64,000 nucleotides of DNA. It comes from Octopus vulgaris (taxonomy: Eukaryota). Shown piece after piece: positions 39,231 through 52,421 of this stretch. Where the stretch lies: the NCBI GenBank assembly GCA_951406725.2, contig OX597831.1, forward strand, positions 22,940,001-23,004,000, given 5' to 3'. Each line of letters opens with the position of its first letter. The first letter of the stretch is position 1. Below the pieces are notes generated by a model. The model was not told the origin of the DNA, did not search any database, and saw nothing but the letters and a program-made list of their open reading frames with translations. The position numbers were made by a program, and so were the translations under genes.

Positions 39231-39589
39231 CTAGCAGTATCGCCCGGCGTTGCTCAGGTTTGTAAGGGAAATAACTATAAAGCATTTTTAGAGTTATAGC
39301 CAAAAAATAGAAAAAAATTTTTTTGAGAGTTAAAAAGGTCGAGTTGCGTCCCCTAGACAGTCTGTGGTTTGTGTTTCTAATTCTCGACCCCATGTCGAAT
39401 TTATCGATTTTTTTCAGAACTGGGGGAACTTTTCAAAATTTTCGCTGCGTTAGTTTTGAATTATGACATTGGGCTATGTGTGTGTCAAGTTTCATCAGAA
39501 TCGGTTGAAAGCCATGGTCAGGGTGAGGGTACAACCTGACAGACACACAGACACACACACAGACAAACTGCCGTTTATATATATAGAGA
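39231..39589 (-). mobile_element. Non-autonomous Helitron
   Basis: Reverse complement A|TCtctatatatataaa ... cctgagcaacgccgggcgatactgCTAG|T; 3' end matches 18853-19255. Confidence 0.85.
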
Positions 39590-39919
39590 TTGGGTATTGA
39601 ACAGTTAACTAGTGAAAATAGGATGTTTTACATCTCTATAAAAGGAGCTTGTTTCTTTGCATTGGTTATGTATATATATGCATATGTGTGTGTATGAATA
39701 TATATACATTTTAAGAACGATAAAGGGCAGAACTTATCTGCAGCTCTTGGTGGTCCAAATCGGATATGCAATCTATGTGGGTGTCTTTTCAGAGCATTGT
39801 CTGGTTTAAAAATTCACATCAGATGCCATGATGGGTCTAAGGTGTAGGTACAGGAAGTGGCCAAACTCTGTGTAAGGAGTAGACAACCACCATATATATA
39901 TATCTTTTACCTTTTGATT

Positions 39920-40367
39920 TTTATTTGTTTCAGTCCTTAGACTGTGGCCATGCTGGGGCACTGCCCTGTAAGATTTTAGTTGAATGAATCGAGCCCAGTA
40001 GTTATTTTTTAAAGCCCAGTATTTAATCAAACAGTTATTTTGGACAGACCACTAAATTTTGGGGATGTAAACATACCTACACAGGATGTCAAGTTGTGAT
40101 GTAGGAATAAACACATTCACAAAGATACACACATGCACAGACACAGAGTTACACACACATACACACACACACACTCATATATATATATATATATATACAT
40201 ATATATACGATGGGCTTCTTTCAGTTTCCATCTACCAAATCCACTCACAAGGCTTTGGTTGGCCTGATGCTATAGTAAAAACACTTGCTCAAAGTGCCAT
40301 GCAATGGGACTGAACCTGGAACCATGTGGCTGGGAAGCAAACTACTAACCACACAGCCACTCCTGCA
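39920..40367 (-). mobile_element. SINE family A
   Basis: Colinear with the 8610 copy. Confidence 0.85.
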
Positions 40368-40589
40368 AATATATATATATATACACACACATACATACAG
40401 ATATATAGATATATACATGTGTATATATATATATATATACGTATATACATACATGTATATATCTATTTATATATATATACCTATGTATATATATATGTAT
40501 GTATGTATATATATATATATGTATATTTGTGTATATATATATATTTTTGCGTATATATATATTCATGTATATATATATATGTGTGTGTG

Positions 40590-40628
<39 letters not shown>

Positions 40629-41258
40629 GTGTGTGTATACATGCATATATCATAAATATGTCTTTGTATGTGTGTTTGTGTGAGCATTTATATCCATATC
40701 TGTATTTATCTTCATCTACATATGTATCCACACATGCATGAATATACACACACTCACACACACACACACACACACACACACGAGCATACATAGATACATA
40801 CATACATAGATACATACATACATAGATACAAGCCTCCTAGTAACTGCCAAGCATCGTGGCTTTTCATTCGAGTACAGAGTACATTAAGCAAACATAAAAT
40901 TTTTCACAATGCTTTCTAATACAAAGGCCTACCTGACCAGCAGGGGACATGAAAGAGAGACAACAGAATACTAAATAGCAAAAGGCAGCATCATTCAAAG
41001 AACACCTCATCATGGATAGAACAGAGGCATGTGGAAGAATGGCTTAAGCTTAGATCTAAGAATAAATCACAGACTGCCAGTTATTGTGTATGAATTTTTA
41101 TTTTATTTTATATCATATATTTGGTAAATGGTAGTTCTGTTAAGTTATAAGTTTCTTGTATTGGTTGTATGTGTTTATAGGACAATAAATGATATATGCA
41201 TATATATGTATAGACTTCAATACACACACACACACGTGTGTGTATATGTAGATGTATC

Positions 41259-41294
<36 letters not shown>

Positions 41295-41501
41295 TAAATA
41301 TATGTATGCACTTATATGTAAATATATATATGCACACATATGCATATATATATGTATACACATTCATATATATATATGTGCACACATACACACTATGTAT
41401 GTATAATTGTACGTATACATTTGTAGATCTATGTATATATATGTATATACATATATATGTGTGTGTGTATATATATACATGTATAAATATATATATATGT
41501 A

Positions 41502-41553
<52 letters not shown>

Positions 41554-41907
41554 AAAATATACACATACACACATATAGATATATACACACACAAATACAT
41601 GTACACACGCAGACACACAGATGCGCATGCACACTCACACACGTATGTGTAAGGTCATAGCAATTTAGAAAGTTCGAGGTTGTAAACTAATCATTTATGG
41701 AAATGCTGAATCTCGAAGTTGATAAAGCTACAAATACCCTTGTAAATATTGGGCAGCCTCTAGCATTTTCTACCCGAAGGGAAGTTATTAACTTAATATT
41801 CACATGCTATTATTTATAGCTTTATCCACATCCAAAAAACAATATATTTATACATCTGTCTGCTTTTGTCTACAATGACCAAAGATATCACTTTAGGGTA
41901 GAAGATG

Positions 41908-42205
41908 GGTCACAGTGCATCTGGGTGTGGCTGATCAGGCCAATGCATGCTTGGAAGATTCTGCCACATGTCGAGTACCGGTGGCCTGCAGGGAATGAGG
42001 GCAAGGAGCTGGTTCTGCACTGGCACAACTCAGGGTTTCTTTGTGCCCTTGCAATTCTATTTTGTTTTTAGGCGGTGGAACCTTCTGTTGGTGCAGTGGT
42101 GCAGCTACACCATGCAAGGTGGCCATGTGCTCGCATTTCCCATGTGCCAGGGTTGATCTAAAGCACTTCAGCAAGGCCGAATGTCTGCTGCTTCTGGAGT
42201 GATGA
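41908..42205 (-). pseudogene. Decayed non-LTR (RTE-group) LINE C-terminus with terminal Zn-finger-like motif
   Basis: INPGTWEMRAHGHLAW..QNRIARAQR..STCGRIFQACIGLISHTQMH with in-frame stop. Confidence 0.75.
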
Positions 42206-42226
42206 GCCGACAAAGTTTTATTTCTA

Positions 42227-42514
42227 CTGTTGCTGCTTCGTGTAGAAATCTAGGCAAGCAGAGCCAAAATCCCCACCATGGTAACAAAGACATACAATGG
42301 TTTAAATTTTTTGCAACCATATATTTTCTACTCATATGTAACATCATGCAGGCGTACACTTACCATACATTTGCATATACACGCGGTACACCTGCACAAT
42401 GTTACGTATGAGTAGAAAATAATGGTTCTGAAAAATTAAAAGATTGTTCATCTTTGTTATTACGGTGGTGATTGTGGTTCCATTTGCCTAGATTTCTACA
42501 TGAAGCAGCAACCG
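42227..42514. mobile_element. Fold-back MITE (~128-bp arms, ~30-nt loop)
   Basis: gttgctgcttcgtgtagaaatctaggcaa.. vs ..ttgcctagatttctacatgaagcagcaac; arms pair along their whole length. Confidence 0.85.
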
Positions 42515-42524
42515 CACTCAAGCC

Positions 42525-42850
42525 TGGCACCATGTACAAATCACCTGTGCTGGTGCCATGTAAGCAGTGCTAATGCTGTGGCACCATGTAAAAGGTATCT
42601 ATACCAGTGGCACAGAAAAAACACTTGTGCTGGCACCATGCAAAAAATACTCATGCACCAGGACACTCCATCAATTGGTTGGTGTTAGGAAGGGCATCCA
42701 GCTGCGGAAACTATGCCAAAACAGACAACTAGAGCCTGATGCACCTCTCCAGCCTTGCCAGCTCCTATGAAACCATCCACCCCATGGCAGCATGGAAAAC
42801 AGATGTTAAATGATAATGATGCTGCTGCTGCTGATGATGATGATGATGTA
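42525..42850 (+). mobile_element. RTE family C-related 3' end
   Basis: ggttggtgttaggaagggcatccagctg..agatgttaaa(tga)n. Confidence 0.7.
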
Positions 42851-43077
42851 CACTTAGGCATGAAAAGACAAGCAAGCAAATCTACCATATGCCGTTGTAA
42901 TATAAGGGTGACAATTCATTATGTATCATTATATGTCTGCGTTCACGCATATTGTCTACAAGGAGAATATTTTTTTCTCTAAAGACAAATTCTGCAGTGT
43001 TTGCCCTTCCATACCTGAGTGTACACAAACGTGTTAAATATGATTGTACACACCTTTATATAAACACACATTCACTC

Positions 43078-43312
43078 ACCTCTCCATCCTCTCAAATCAT
43101 CAATCACGTCTCCACCTTCTCAAATCATCAATCACTTCTCCACCCTCACAAATCATTAATCACTTCTCCACCCTCTCAAATCATCAATCACTTCTCCACC
43201 CTCTCAAATCATCAATCACTTTTCCACCTTCTCGAATCATCAATCACTTCACCCTCTCAAACCATCAATCACTTCTTCACCCTCTCAAATCAACAATCAC
43301 TTCTCCACCCTT
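43078..43312. repeat. 28-bp minisatellite, ~8 copies
   Basis: Unit tctccaccctctcaaatcatcaatcact. Confidence 0.95.
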
Positions 43313-43620
43313 TTAAATACCACCTTAGTTGAGAGGGTGTTTCCATTTTCCGCTTTTTCTTTTACGTGCTTTTCACCGTCTTGTAAGTTACTTGAGAACC
43401 TCATTTATGTCAGAGGTATGAAAAAGCCAGCTAATACTCAATGTAAAGTGGTTGGGGTTAGGAAGGGTATCCAACCATAGAAACCATGTCAAAGCTGACA
43501 TAAAGCATGATGTAACCCTGTGGACCATCAGATTATATGAAAAGGTTTGATCCAACCCATGCCATAATAAAAAAATGATGTTAAATAATTATGACAACGA
43601 TGTAATGGTATATATATATA

Positions 43621-43787
43621 TTCTCAAACGCAGGATAATACTAATAATATATCCTGAACAGTGATATAGCCCCTATTTGCCGAAAAAGTGTTGGCGCCAG
43701 GTATGAGACACCAACGCTTTTTTCTGCAAAATAGGGGTAGTTTATCTTGTTCAGGCTATATTGTTAGCATTATCCTGCGTTTGAGAA
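43621..43787. mobile_element. Fold-back (palindromic) MITE-like element
   Basis: ttctcaaacgcaggataat..cctgaaca..cccctatttgccgaaaaagtgttgg pairs with ccaacgc..aaataggggt..tgttcagg..attatcctgcgtttgagaa. Confidence 0.8.
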
Positions 43788-43876
43788 TTTACAATCACTT
43801 CTGTAACTTTCTAAGACATCTCAACGCTTCTAAAGCAAACTTCGTTTTTGTTTGTTTACGTTCATCGTAATTTGAA

Positions 43877-43923
<47 letters not shown>

Positions 43924-44459
43924 TATTTACAAAGATATGTGTGTGTATGGATGTATGCATGCATGCATGTACTGTTGCATGTATGTATGCATAGTCATAT
44001 GCATATATGCAAATTTTCTGCAGGACATATGGACCCTGTAGTCCCCCTCCTCCAAAAAAGCTGACCTAACCAACCCTGCAAAGCAAGGCCTGTGTTTATG
44101 TCTGTCTTTCTAAAGCAGGATTGCTTAGTCAAAGGCAGAGTCATGTTTCTAATGACACCGAAAACATAATACGCTGATTGATTTTCCATGTGGCTGTCAT
44201 AACAAAATCTGTTGTCATGAAGGTAGTTTAAAACTCAATGCCACTCAAATGGACAAAGGCCACTGGATAAGATGAAATGTCCAACTTGCAAGTATGAGTT
44301 GCAAGTTGCTGGTTGGACTAGAGACTCATCTCAAAAGTGACCAGCATCAACCAAACAAGTGCAAAGAGATGCTGCCAATGTCCACAAAATGGACTTAGCT
44401 TGTACATCTGTTCATTTCCAACATGTATATTATTGTGTAGTTCTATTTCAAAAAAATAT

Positions 44460-44676
44460 CAGTTTTAAATTTTGGGACAAAGCCATCGATTTCGAAGTGG
44501 GGTGGACAAGTCGGTTACATCGACCCCAACATTTGATTGTTACTTATTTTATTGATCCCAAAAGGATGAAAAGCAAAGTTGACTTTGGTGGAATTTGAAC
44601 TCAAGATGTAAAGATGTGCAAAATGTCACTAAGCATTTAATCCAATGTGCTGATGATTCTGTTGGCTTGCTGCCTT
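44460..44676 (-). mobile_element. SINE family B, diverged
   Basis: aaaggatgaaaagcaaagttgactttggtggaatttgaactc. Confidence 0.75.
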
Positions 44677-44678
44677 AA

Positions 44679-44898
44679 CCCTTTCATTACTGTATTTATT
44701 TTGAGATGCTCTGTGTTTCTTTCAATTACTTTAAATATAACCAAGAATTTAGTAAAATAACTTAGTTATCATTAAGCTTGTGTTAGGAACATAAATTGTG
44801 ACTAAGGTTTGGTGGAAGATTTTAATTCAAAACTTATGAGAACAAGACAGTTGTACTCAGAGCCAGGGCCGGTTTCAGCCGAGTTGGCAACGAAAGGG
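44679..44898. mobile_element. piggyBac-type MITE
   Basis: TTAA|CCCTTTCATT ... AACGAAAGGG|TTAA. Confidence 0.85.
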
Positions 44899-45476
44899 TT
44901 AATCAGATTTACTATAAGATAATGTGGTATTCATGCCGTTCTCAAAGAGGGAAATACTGTGTGTGTAAAAGAGAGTCAAAAGAGTTTGGTTTCAAATGAA
45001 AAACTGGAAAAGAAACAACAAAAAAACTCCAAAACAAAAAGTTGAGTTTGGCTCTCCTGAGTGGTGGGGGGAACACTTGAGTATTGTTTTGAGTGAGAAC
45101 TTGCAAGCTGGAGAATACTATTGATGGACAACATCTGATGTGAAGAACTTGTTACTTGAAAAGAAGAGAACACTCAGAAAGAAAGTATGAAGTGCTGGAA
45201 TAAATTAGATGATTGATTAAATGTCATGTGTTGAAAAGGTGACTTCAAAAGATGCCATCAGTGTTGTCCATTTCCTGGCAGAATACCTCTTAATAATACA
45301 CTTATATATTCATTCATATATGTATATATGTGTGCGTGTGCATGTGTGTGCATGTGTGTGTGCTTGTGTGTGTATGTATATCCATGTGTGTGTGCAAACT
45401 TAGACATATATGCACACTTATAACAGTATATATATTATATATGTGTCTTTTTATGTAGTACACATACACACAAATA

Positions 45477-45515
<39 letters not shown>

Positions 45516-45630
45516 GCATATAAACATACATCTATATTTATAAATGCATGTATTCATATGCACATATATGTGATATCATATATACACCTATATGTACTAT
45601 ATACTTAAAAATAGATACATACATATATAA

Positions 45631-45662
<32 letters not shown>

Positions 45663-46301
45663 ATGCATACATACATACACATGCATATACGTGAATATGC
45701 ATTAGCAGACACAATTATATACACACATGCATGCGCACAATTACTGAGGTATATATGCGCATATATACGCACAGCACACACACATTCCAATACATACAAA
45801 ATATTTACGACTATGAACAAGATGGTAAAAATCGTGACCAGAAATTTATCACGACAATAAAGAAAAATAAAGAACATATTAATAATCCTTATTATCACAA
45901 ATAATAATAATAATAATAATAGTAATAATAATAATAATGATGATGATGATAGTAATAATATAAATGATAATATTATCATTAATACTATTGTTATTATCAA
46001 CATCATCATCATCATTGTCATCTTCATTATCATCATTATTCTTGTTATTGCTGTTGTTATACCTAATATTATATATGTACACATACACACAAATGCACAT
46101 GTGTATAAGTAATGATATATATATGCATACATATATGCATATATATATATATATATATATATATGCATACATATATATACATATATATATATATGCATGT
46201 ATGTATATATATATATACACATACATACATATATATATACACATATACATATATATATATGTATATATATATATTTATATATATATATATATAGACAGAC
46301 A

Positions 46302-46349
<48 letters not shown>

Positions 46350-47051
46350 GCTTTTATTCCCTTTTTTCTTAAGTAAAGAAGTGGAGATTGGAATGAAGCC
46401 AAGCCAGAAGAACTGTCTCAGTGCTCAGTATTCTCAGTGTTCTTGCTCTTCTCACTTGGCGGCGCTACTTGAAAAAAAAACCAAAAAAAAAATAAAGAAG
46501 TATATATAACCTGAAGGAGAAAGGATTGTTGAGAAGTTTCGGAGTTTGCCCCACCGTTTTTTTCTTTTGAAGTTTACCTCTGTGAAGATAATTAGTATTC
46601 CAGTCTATTGTTGGCGTTATAATTTATGACAGCTCTTTGATGAATGAACAATTTTTCACAGACTGAATTCTTACTCGCCGCCACCACCACCAGCACCACC
46701 ACCGCCACCACCACCACCATCACTACTTAATCTTCCAGTCTTAACATAATGTCGTCGATTTAGTAGATGCAGATATCACAGATTCAGTAATATAAATAAA
46801 TAAATGAATGAATGAAGGAAGGAAGGAAGGAAGGAATGAAAGAATGAAGGAAAGCAAGTATTTGAAAATACTATGGAGTGTTTTGGTATTTTTTTGTTGT
46901 TTTATTTTCTTGATAAATGACCTTTGACCCAAATACTTAATTAGCACACAATATATGTACTTTGCAAGATTTATAGAAGGAATCCGTTAATTCCTTCACA
47001 TTTACGTTCATTTTTACCATTCTTTGCCAGTATGGGTTAGATTAATATATA

Positions 47052-47284
47052 TATTTCTTTACTACCCACAAGGGGCTAAACAGAGAGGGACAAACAAGGA
47101 CAGACAAAGGGATTAAGTCGATTACATAGACCCCAGTGCGAAACTAGTACTTTATTTATCGACCCAGAAAGGATGAAAGGCAAAGTCGACCTCGGCGGAA
47201 TTTGAACTCAGAACGTAATGACAGACGAAATACGGCTACGCATTCTCGCCCGGCGTGCTAACGTTTCTGCCAGTTCGCCGCCTT
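47052..47284 (-). mobile_element. SINE family B, young monomer (reference copy)
   Basis: Reverse complement AAGGCGGCGAACTGGCAGAAACGTTAGCACG (A-box-like)..GAGTTCAAATTCC (B box)..GCCTTTCATCCTTTC; CpGs retained. Confidence 0.9.
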
Positions 47285-47504
47285 AATATATAATTGAGTT
47301 ACTGATTTCTTGCTGGATATGCTTGCCCTCACTAAACTTTGTGTGTGTTTTGTGTGTTTAAGAGACATCTCATTCCATGAACCTTTGAAAGTGCAAAGCC
47401 AGTGGATGATCTGGTGGCAGGGGCAATGTCAACAATGTCACCACCTGCAGCTGAACAAATTGTCAGAGATGCATAAGTGCAAACAAACAGACAGAAATGG
47501 AGCC

Positions 47505-47947
47505 GGTAGAGGCGTTAGTATGCTGGGCGAAATGCTTAGCGGTATTTCGTCTGTCTTTACGTTGTGCGTTCAAATTCCGCTGAGGTCAACTTTGCCTTTC
47601 ATTCTTTTGAGGTTGATAAATTAAGTACCAGTTACCCACTGGGGTCGATGTAATCGACTTAATCCCTTTGTCTGTCCTTGTTTGTCCCCTCTATGTTTAG
47701 CCCCTTGTAGGCAATAATGAAATAAGAAACGTTAGCATGTTTGGTGAAATGCTTAGTGGTATTTCGTCTATCTTTATGTTCTGAGTTCAAATTTTGCCGA
47801 GGTTGACTTTGCCTTTCATCCTTTCGAGGTCAATAAATTAAGTACCAGTTACACACTGGGGTCGATGTAATTCACTTAATCCCTTTGTCTGTCCTTGTTT
47901 GTCCGCTCTATGTTTAACCTCTTGTGGGCAGTAAAGAAATAGGTATT
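47505..47947 (+). mobile_element. SINE family B, tandem dimer
   Basis: Two head-to-tail bodies, inverted relative to 47052-47284. Confidence 0.85.
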
Positions 47948-48249
47948 AGCATCCAAAGTAATTCCTTGTACATAATAACTGAATCCAAATATTGCCTTGA
48001 AGAATTTCAAGGAATTCAGAGTGTGTGACAACAACAACAACAAGAATGGGGAAAATCACATCTTTGATGATTACATCATACATTACCAAACATCTATTGT
48101 GCCAACATATTTAGATATAGAAAAGACGTTAAAATAACGTTTTATGTTATCACAATATTATCAAATTAATCCAATACAGGTTGAATTGAAAGTGTACTGA
48201 AGTAATATCTACAATACATGAACACATACAAAAAAGAATGTTAAGATAA

Positions 48250-48907
48250 GATATATTCTGAGAAAAGCCAGAGAGGTATTTAAATGAAAGAATAATATAT
48301 ATGGGGAGAAAAGCTCATCAGTGCCCTACCAACATGTACAATTAGAAAATGCAGGCTCAGCTGACAACATAGATGTTAGGATCTTATTGGTACATAGAAG
48401 AGACACGACACTCAGACAGGTTACAGAGACCAGATACATAATTGAAGATGGACCGAGCCTCAATAGGAAACATGAATGGAATAATAACACCTGTCCCCAC
48501 CACTCCACCACATTACAAAACCTGATGACTAAAGACAGAATGAGGAAAAATAAATAAATGACATGGGTACTAACAGTGTAATATGCAAACTCTTATACAC
48601 GTGGACACGAGACACATACACACATACTAAACACAGAATGAGAAAGAGTAAAATATATAGATAAATAAATAAATAAAAGATAATAGCAAACAGTGTAATA
48701 GACAAACCCATATGCACATACACAGGACACATACACACATACACACAGATACAGATTTAAACACATGTGCAGATGGAGAAATACATACCAGAGAAGGTAA
48801 AAAACTGAAAAAAGCAAGATAAGAGGAGACACCTTGCATAGAGAGTTGTTGAAGAGGTCGCAGAATGTGTGACAACAGTTCTTTGACTGACAAACTAAAA
48901 CTTAAAA

Positions 48908-48975
<68 letters not shown>

Positions 48976-49090
48976 AAAATGAAGATCAAATAAATAACGT
49001 GTGTTTAATTGGCAAAATATGACCATACCAGTTGTAACAATATCTGTTTCATCACATTTCACATCAGGAATCTTGCAAAAACAAATATGT
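48250..49090 (+). mobile_element. Decayed Penelope-like element 3' end: GIY-YIG C-terminus, UTR, decayed hammerhead (48844-48888)
   Basis: SSVPYQH..IDVRIL..LRQVTETRYIIEDGPSLNRKHEW; agttg-TTGAAGA-g-gtcgca..tgtgac-AACA-gttc-TT-tgact; terminus matches the 19581 element. Confidence 0.7.
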
Positions 49091-49413
49091 TAATGGTTTT
49101 ATCATAACTGAACATAAAAACAAACATTAACCTAATGTGTGTGTGAGTGTGCGTGCGTGTGTGTGTGTGTAAGTGTGTGCTCATGTATATGTCTATGTGT
49201 GTATGCATGTATTGTATGTATTTAAGTATAGCTATCTATATCAACATCTGGATGGATATATATATACACACATATACATATATATATACATATATATATA
49301 TGTATGTATATACATATAATTCAAATTTATATATATATGTGTGTGTACGTGTATTGATGTAAGTATACACACACATTTATACACATGCACACATGTACAC
49401 GCACATACACACA

Positions 49414-49451
<38 letters not shown>

Positions 49452-49514
49452 ATATTATTGTATGTTGAAATTGTCATATTGCCAATAAAAACCCACATGT
49501 CGTTTATAGTTAAC

Positions 49515-49588
<74 letters not shown>

Positions 49589-49597
<9 letters not shown>

Positions 49598-49898
49598 CAA
49601 CTAGTTCACTAATTAACTAATTAATACTTTGATCAAGCATTTGATCGATCAATCAGTCACCTCATCTGATTCCTTTTATTGCAATCTTTGTCGTTATCAA
49701 TGATGTGAGCTCATACGCGGCTCTCTCATTGCAGCCTACAAAAAGAAAAGTGACAGATTGATGGCTCATTATTGATAACTGATAATGCCACCAACAGTGA
49801 CAAAAGGACTCTCAGGAATCGACCGATTGATCGATGTAATGATTGATCAGACATCAGATCAGATGATCAGTTAATTAGTTAACTAGCTGATTGATAAT
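49589..49898. other. Unique multi-segment fold-back (~310 nt)
   Basis: Nested complementary blocks 49589-618/49869-898, 49644-658/49821-835, 49668-674/49814-820, 49693-710/49764-779. Confidence 0.75.
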
Positions 49899-49989
49899 AA
49901 TTGATAATAATTGTTTCAAAGTTAGGTAAAGGGCCTGAAAATTTTAAAGAGATAGTTGAGTAGATTAAATTGACCCTCGTATTTGACTT

Positions 49990-50595
49990 CTCTTATATCT
50001 TTATTGCCTACAAGGGACTACACACAGAGGGGACAAACAAGGAGAGGCATATGGATTAAGTCGATTATATCGACCCCAGTGCGTAACTGGTACTTATTTA
50101 ATCCACCCCGAACGGATGAAAAGCAAAGTCGACCTCAGCGGAATTTGAATTCAGAACGTAGCAGCAGACAAAATACCTATTTATTTACTACCCACAAGGG
50201 GCTACACACAGAGTGGACAAACAAGGACAGGAATATGGATTAAGTCGATTACATCGACCCCAGTGTGTAACTGGTACTTATTTAATCGACCCTTAAAGGA
50301 TGAAAGGCAAAGTCGACCTCGGCGGAATTTGAACTCAGAACGTAACAGCAGATGAAATACCTATTTCTTTACTACCCACAAGGGGCTAAACACAGAAGGG
50401 ACAAAAAAGGCCAGACAATTGGATCAAGTCGATTATAGCGACTCCAGTATGTAACTGGTACTTATTTAATCGACCCCGAAAGGATGAAAGGTAAAGTCGA
50501 CCTTGGCAGAATTTGAACTCAGAATGTAGCAACAGACGAAATACCGCAAAACATTTCGCTGGCATGCTAATGATTCTGCCAGCTCTCTGCCTTTC
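49990..50595 (-). mobile_element. SINE family B, tandem trimer
   Basis: Three head-to-tail bodies with one head. Confidence 0.88.
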
Positions 50596-50699
50596 TTGAC
50601 TTCTCTGTTTTACTGGATCCCCTTTTCTCATACAGGATGAAAATTTTAAGGGTAAGTAAATTACACCAGGGTGTGTGTGTGTGTGTGTGCATGCGTGCG

Positions 50700-51060
50700 T
50701 TACTGTGTAGTAAGAACTTTGCTTCCCATTCACATGGTTCTGGGTTCAGTTCCACTGTATGGCACCTTGGGCTAGTGTCTTCTGCTATAGCTTCAAGCCA
50801 GCCAAAGCATTGTGAATGTACTTGGTTGATGGAAACTGAAAGAAGTCCATCGTCTACATGCATAGATGTGTGTGTGTGTGTCTGTGTTTCTCCCTTCACT
50901 AGCTCACCAGTGCTGGTGTGTTTACATCCCCATAAGTGATAGAATAAGTAACAGGCTTTAAAAATAAATAACAATTATTGAGGTCAGTTTGCTTGACAAA
51001 AAGTTTTCAAGATAGTGCCCCAGCATGGCCCGTGCCTAATGACAGAAACAAATAAAAAAA
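50700..51060 (+). mobile_element. SINE family A, diverged
   Basis: gggttcagttccactgtatggcaccttgggctagtgtctt.. Confidence 0.8.
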
Positions 51061-51199
51061 AGATAGCAGGTGTTTAGAAAATATACTTGGAATGTAATCT
51101 TAATGAGAATCTAGAAGGAGGTTCCTTAAATATGAGTTTAGAATAATATAATATAATACAATATTTTTTTGGTAGATGTATTCACAGATCAGAAAACAA

Positions 51200-51414
51200 T
51201 TCTCTTTTACTCTTTTACTTGTTTCAGTCATTTGACTGTGGCCATGCTGGAGCACCACCTTTAGTCGAGCAAATCGATCCCAGGACTTATTCTATGTAAG
51301 CCTAGTACTTATTCTATCGGTCTCTTTTGCTGAACCGCTAAGTTATGGGGACATAAACACACCAGCATCGGTTGTCAAGTGATGGTAGGGGGACAAGCAC
51401 AGACACACAAACAT

Positions 51415-51451
<37 letters not shown>

Positions 51452-51631
51452 CATACATAAATTACATACATATATATAACAAATATAGTATTATTGATGC
51501 TAGAAAGAAGGAAAGAAGAGAAGAGAGAGAAACATAGGAGAAGGAAAGATCCAGAGAAGGAAGACAGAGGAAAAAATTGCCAATGACACACGAGGTCACA
51601 TTTTGAAAGGGTAGATATATATATACATATA

Positions 51632-51667
<36 letters not shown>

Positions 51668-51890
51668 TGTATATATATATATATATATATGAATGTATGT
51701 ATATGTTTGTGTGTCTGTACTTGTCTCCCCCTACCATCACTTGACAACTGATGCTGGTGTGTTTACGTCCCTCATGACTTAGCGGGTCAGCAGAAGAGAC
51801 CGATAGAATAAGTCCTGGGCTGGATTTCTACAATTAAAGGCGGTGCTCCAGCATGGCTGCAGTCAGATGACTGAAACAAATAAAGGAATA
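51200..51890. mobile_element. Inverted pair of SINE A 3' halves around a Penelope-like fragment (51478-51605)
   Basis: 51200-51420 (-) and 51695-51890 (+) share gtcaagtgatggtaggggg..acaag(c/t)acagacacacaaacatatacat. Confidence 0.8.
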
Positions 51891-52421
51891 AAAAAAGTAA
51901 AAGAATGTTGCCTAAAACAATCCTGCTTGCTTTGATGAGTGGATTTCTCGACAGAATCACTGTTTCAGTTTTATGAAGTGAAATTTGGTGATCAAGGATC
52001 GAATCTATGCTATGCCTCCATGTATTCACTATATATATATATATATATATAATTGAATAAGATAGAGTCAACAAGAAGGAGTATTGCTGAACTGTTATTT
52101 TTCAGTTACTACATGTTTCCATACAACATAGTTCTTCACGTATGCAGGAATTTGATTATGTAATGGTTTACCTGTATAATGGGATCCAGTTGTATTTCCT
52201 CAGGTGATATTCAATTGCTGTCCCTTTTAATTACAAAACCTTCAACTTCGCTTCTAACACATTCATCTGTCTTGATGGATGAGTGAATTTCTTGCATGAC
52301 TTGGAAATATATCATAATACTACTGGCTTTTTGGTAATTTTAAAGGCGAATGATCCCTATTTTGTACTCTGCTATGCTCCAAATGGAATATACCTTGGAT
52401 AAAATTTTATATATATATATA

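Noticed and set aside
52070-52400. Semi-open minus-strand reading frame (also 44020-44400)
   Set aside because: Interrupted by stops with no identifiable domain; possibly old TE debris but unsupported
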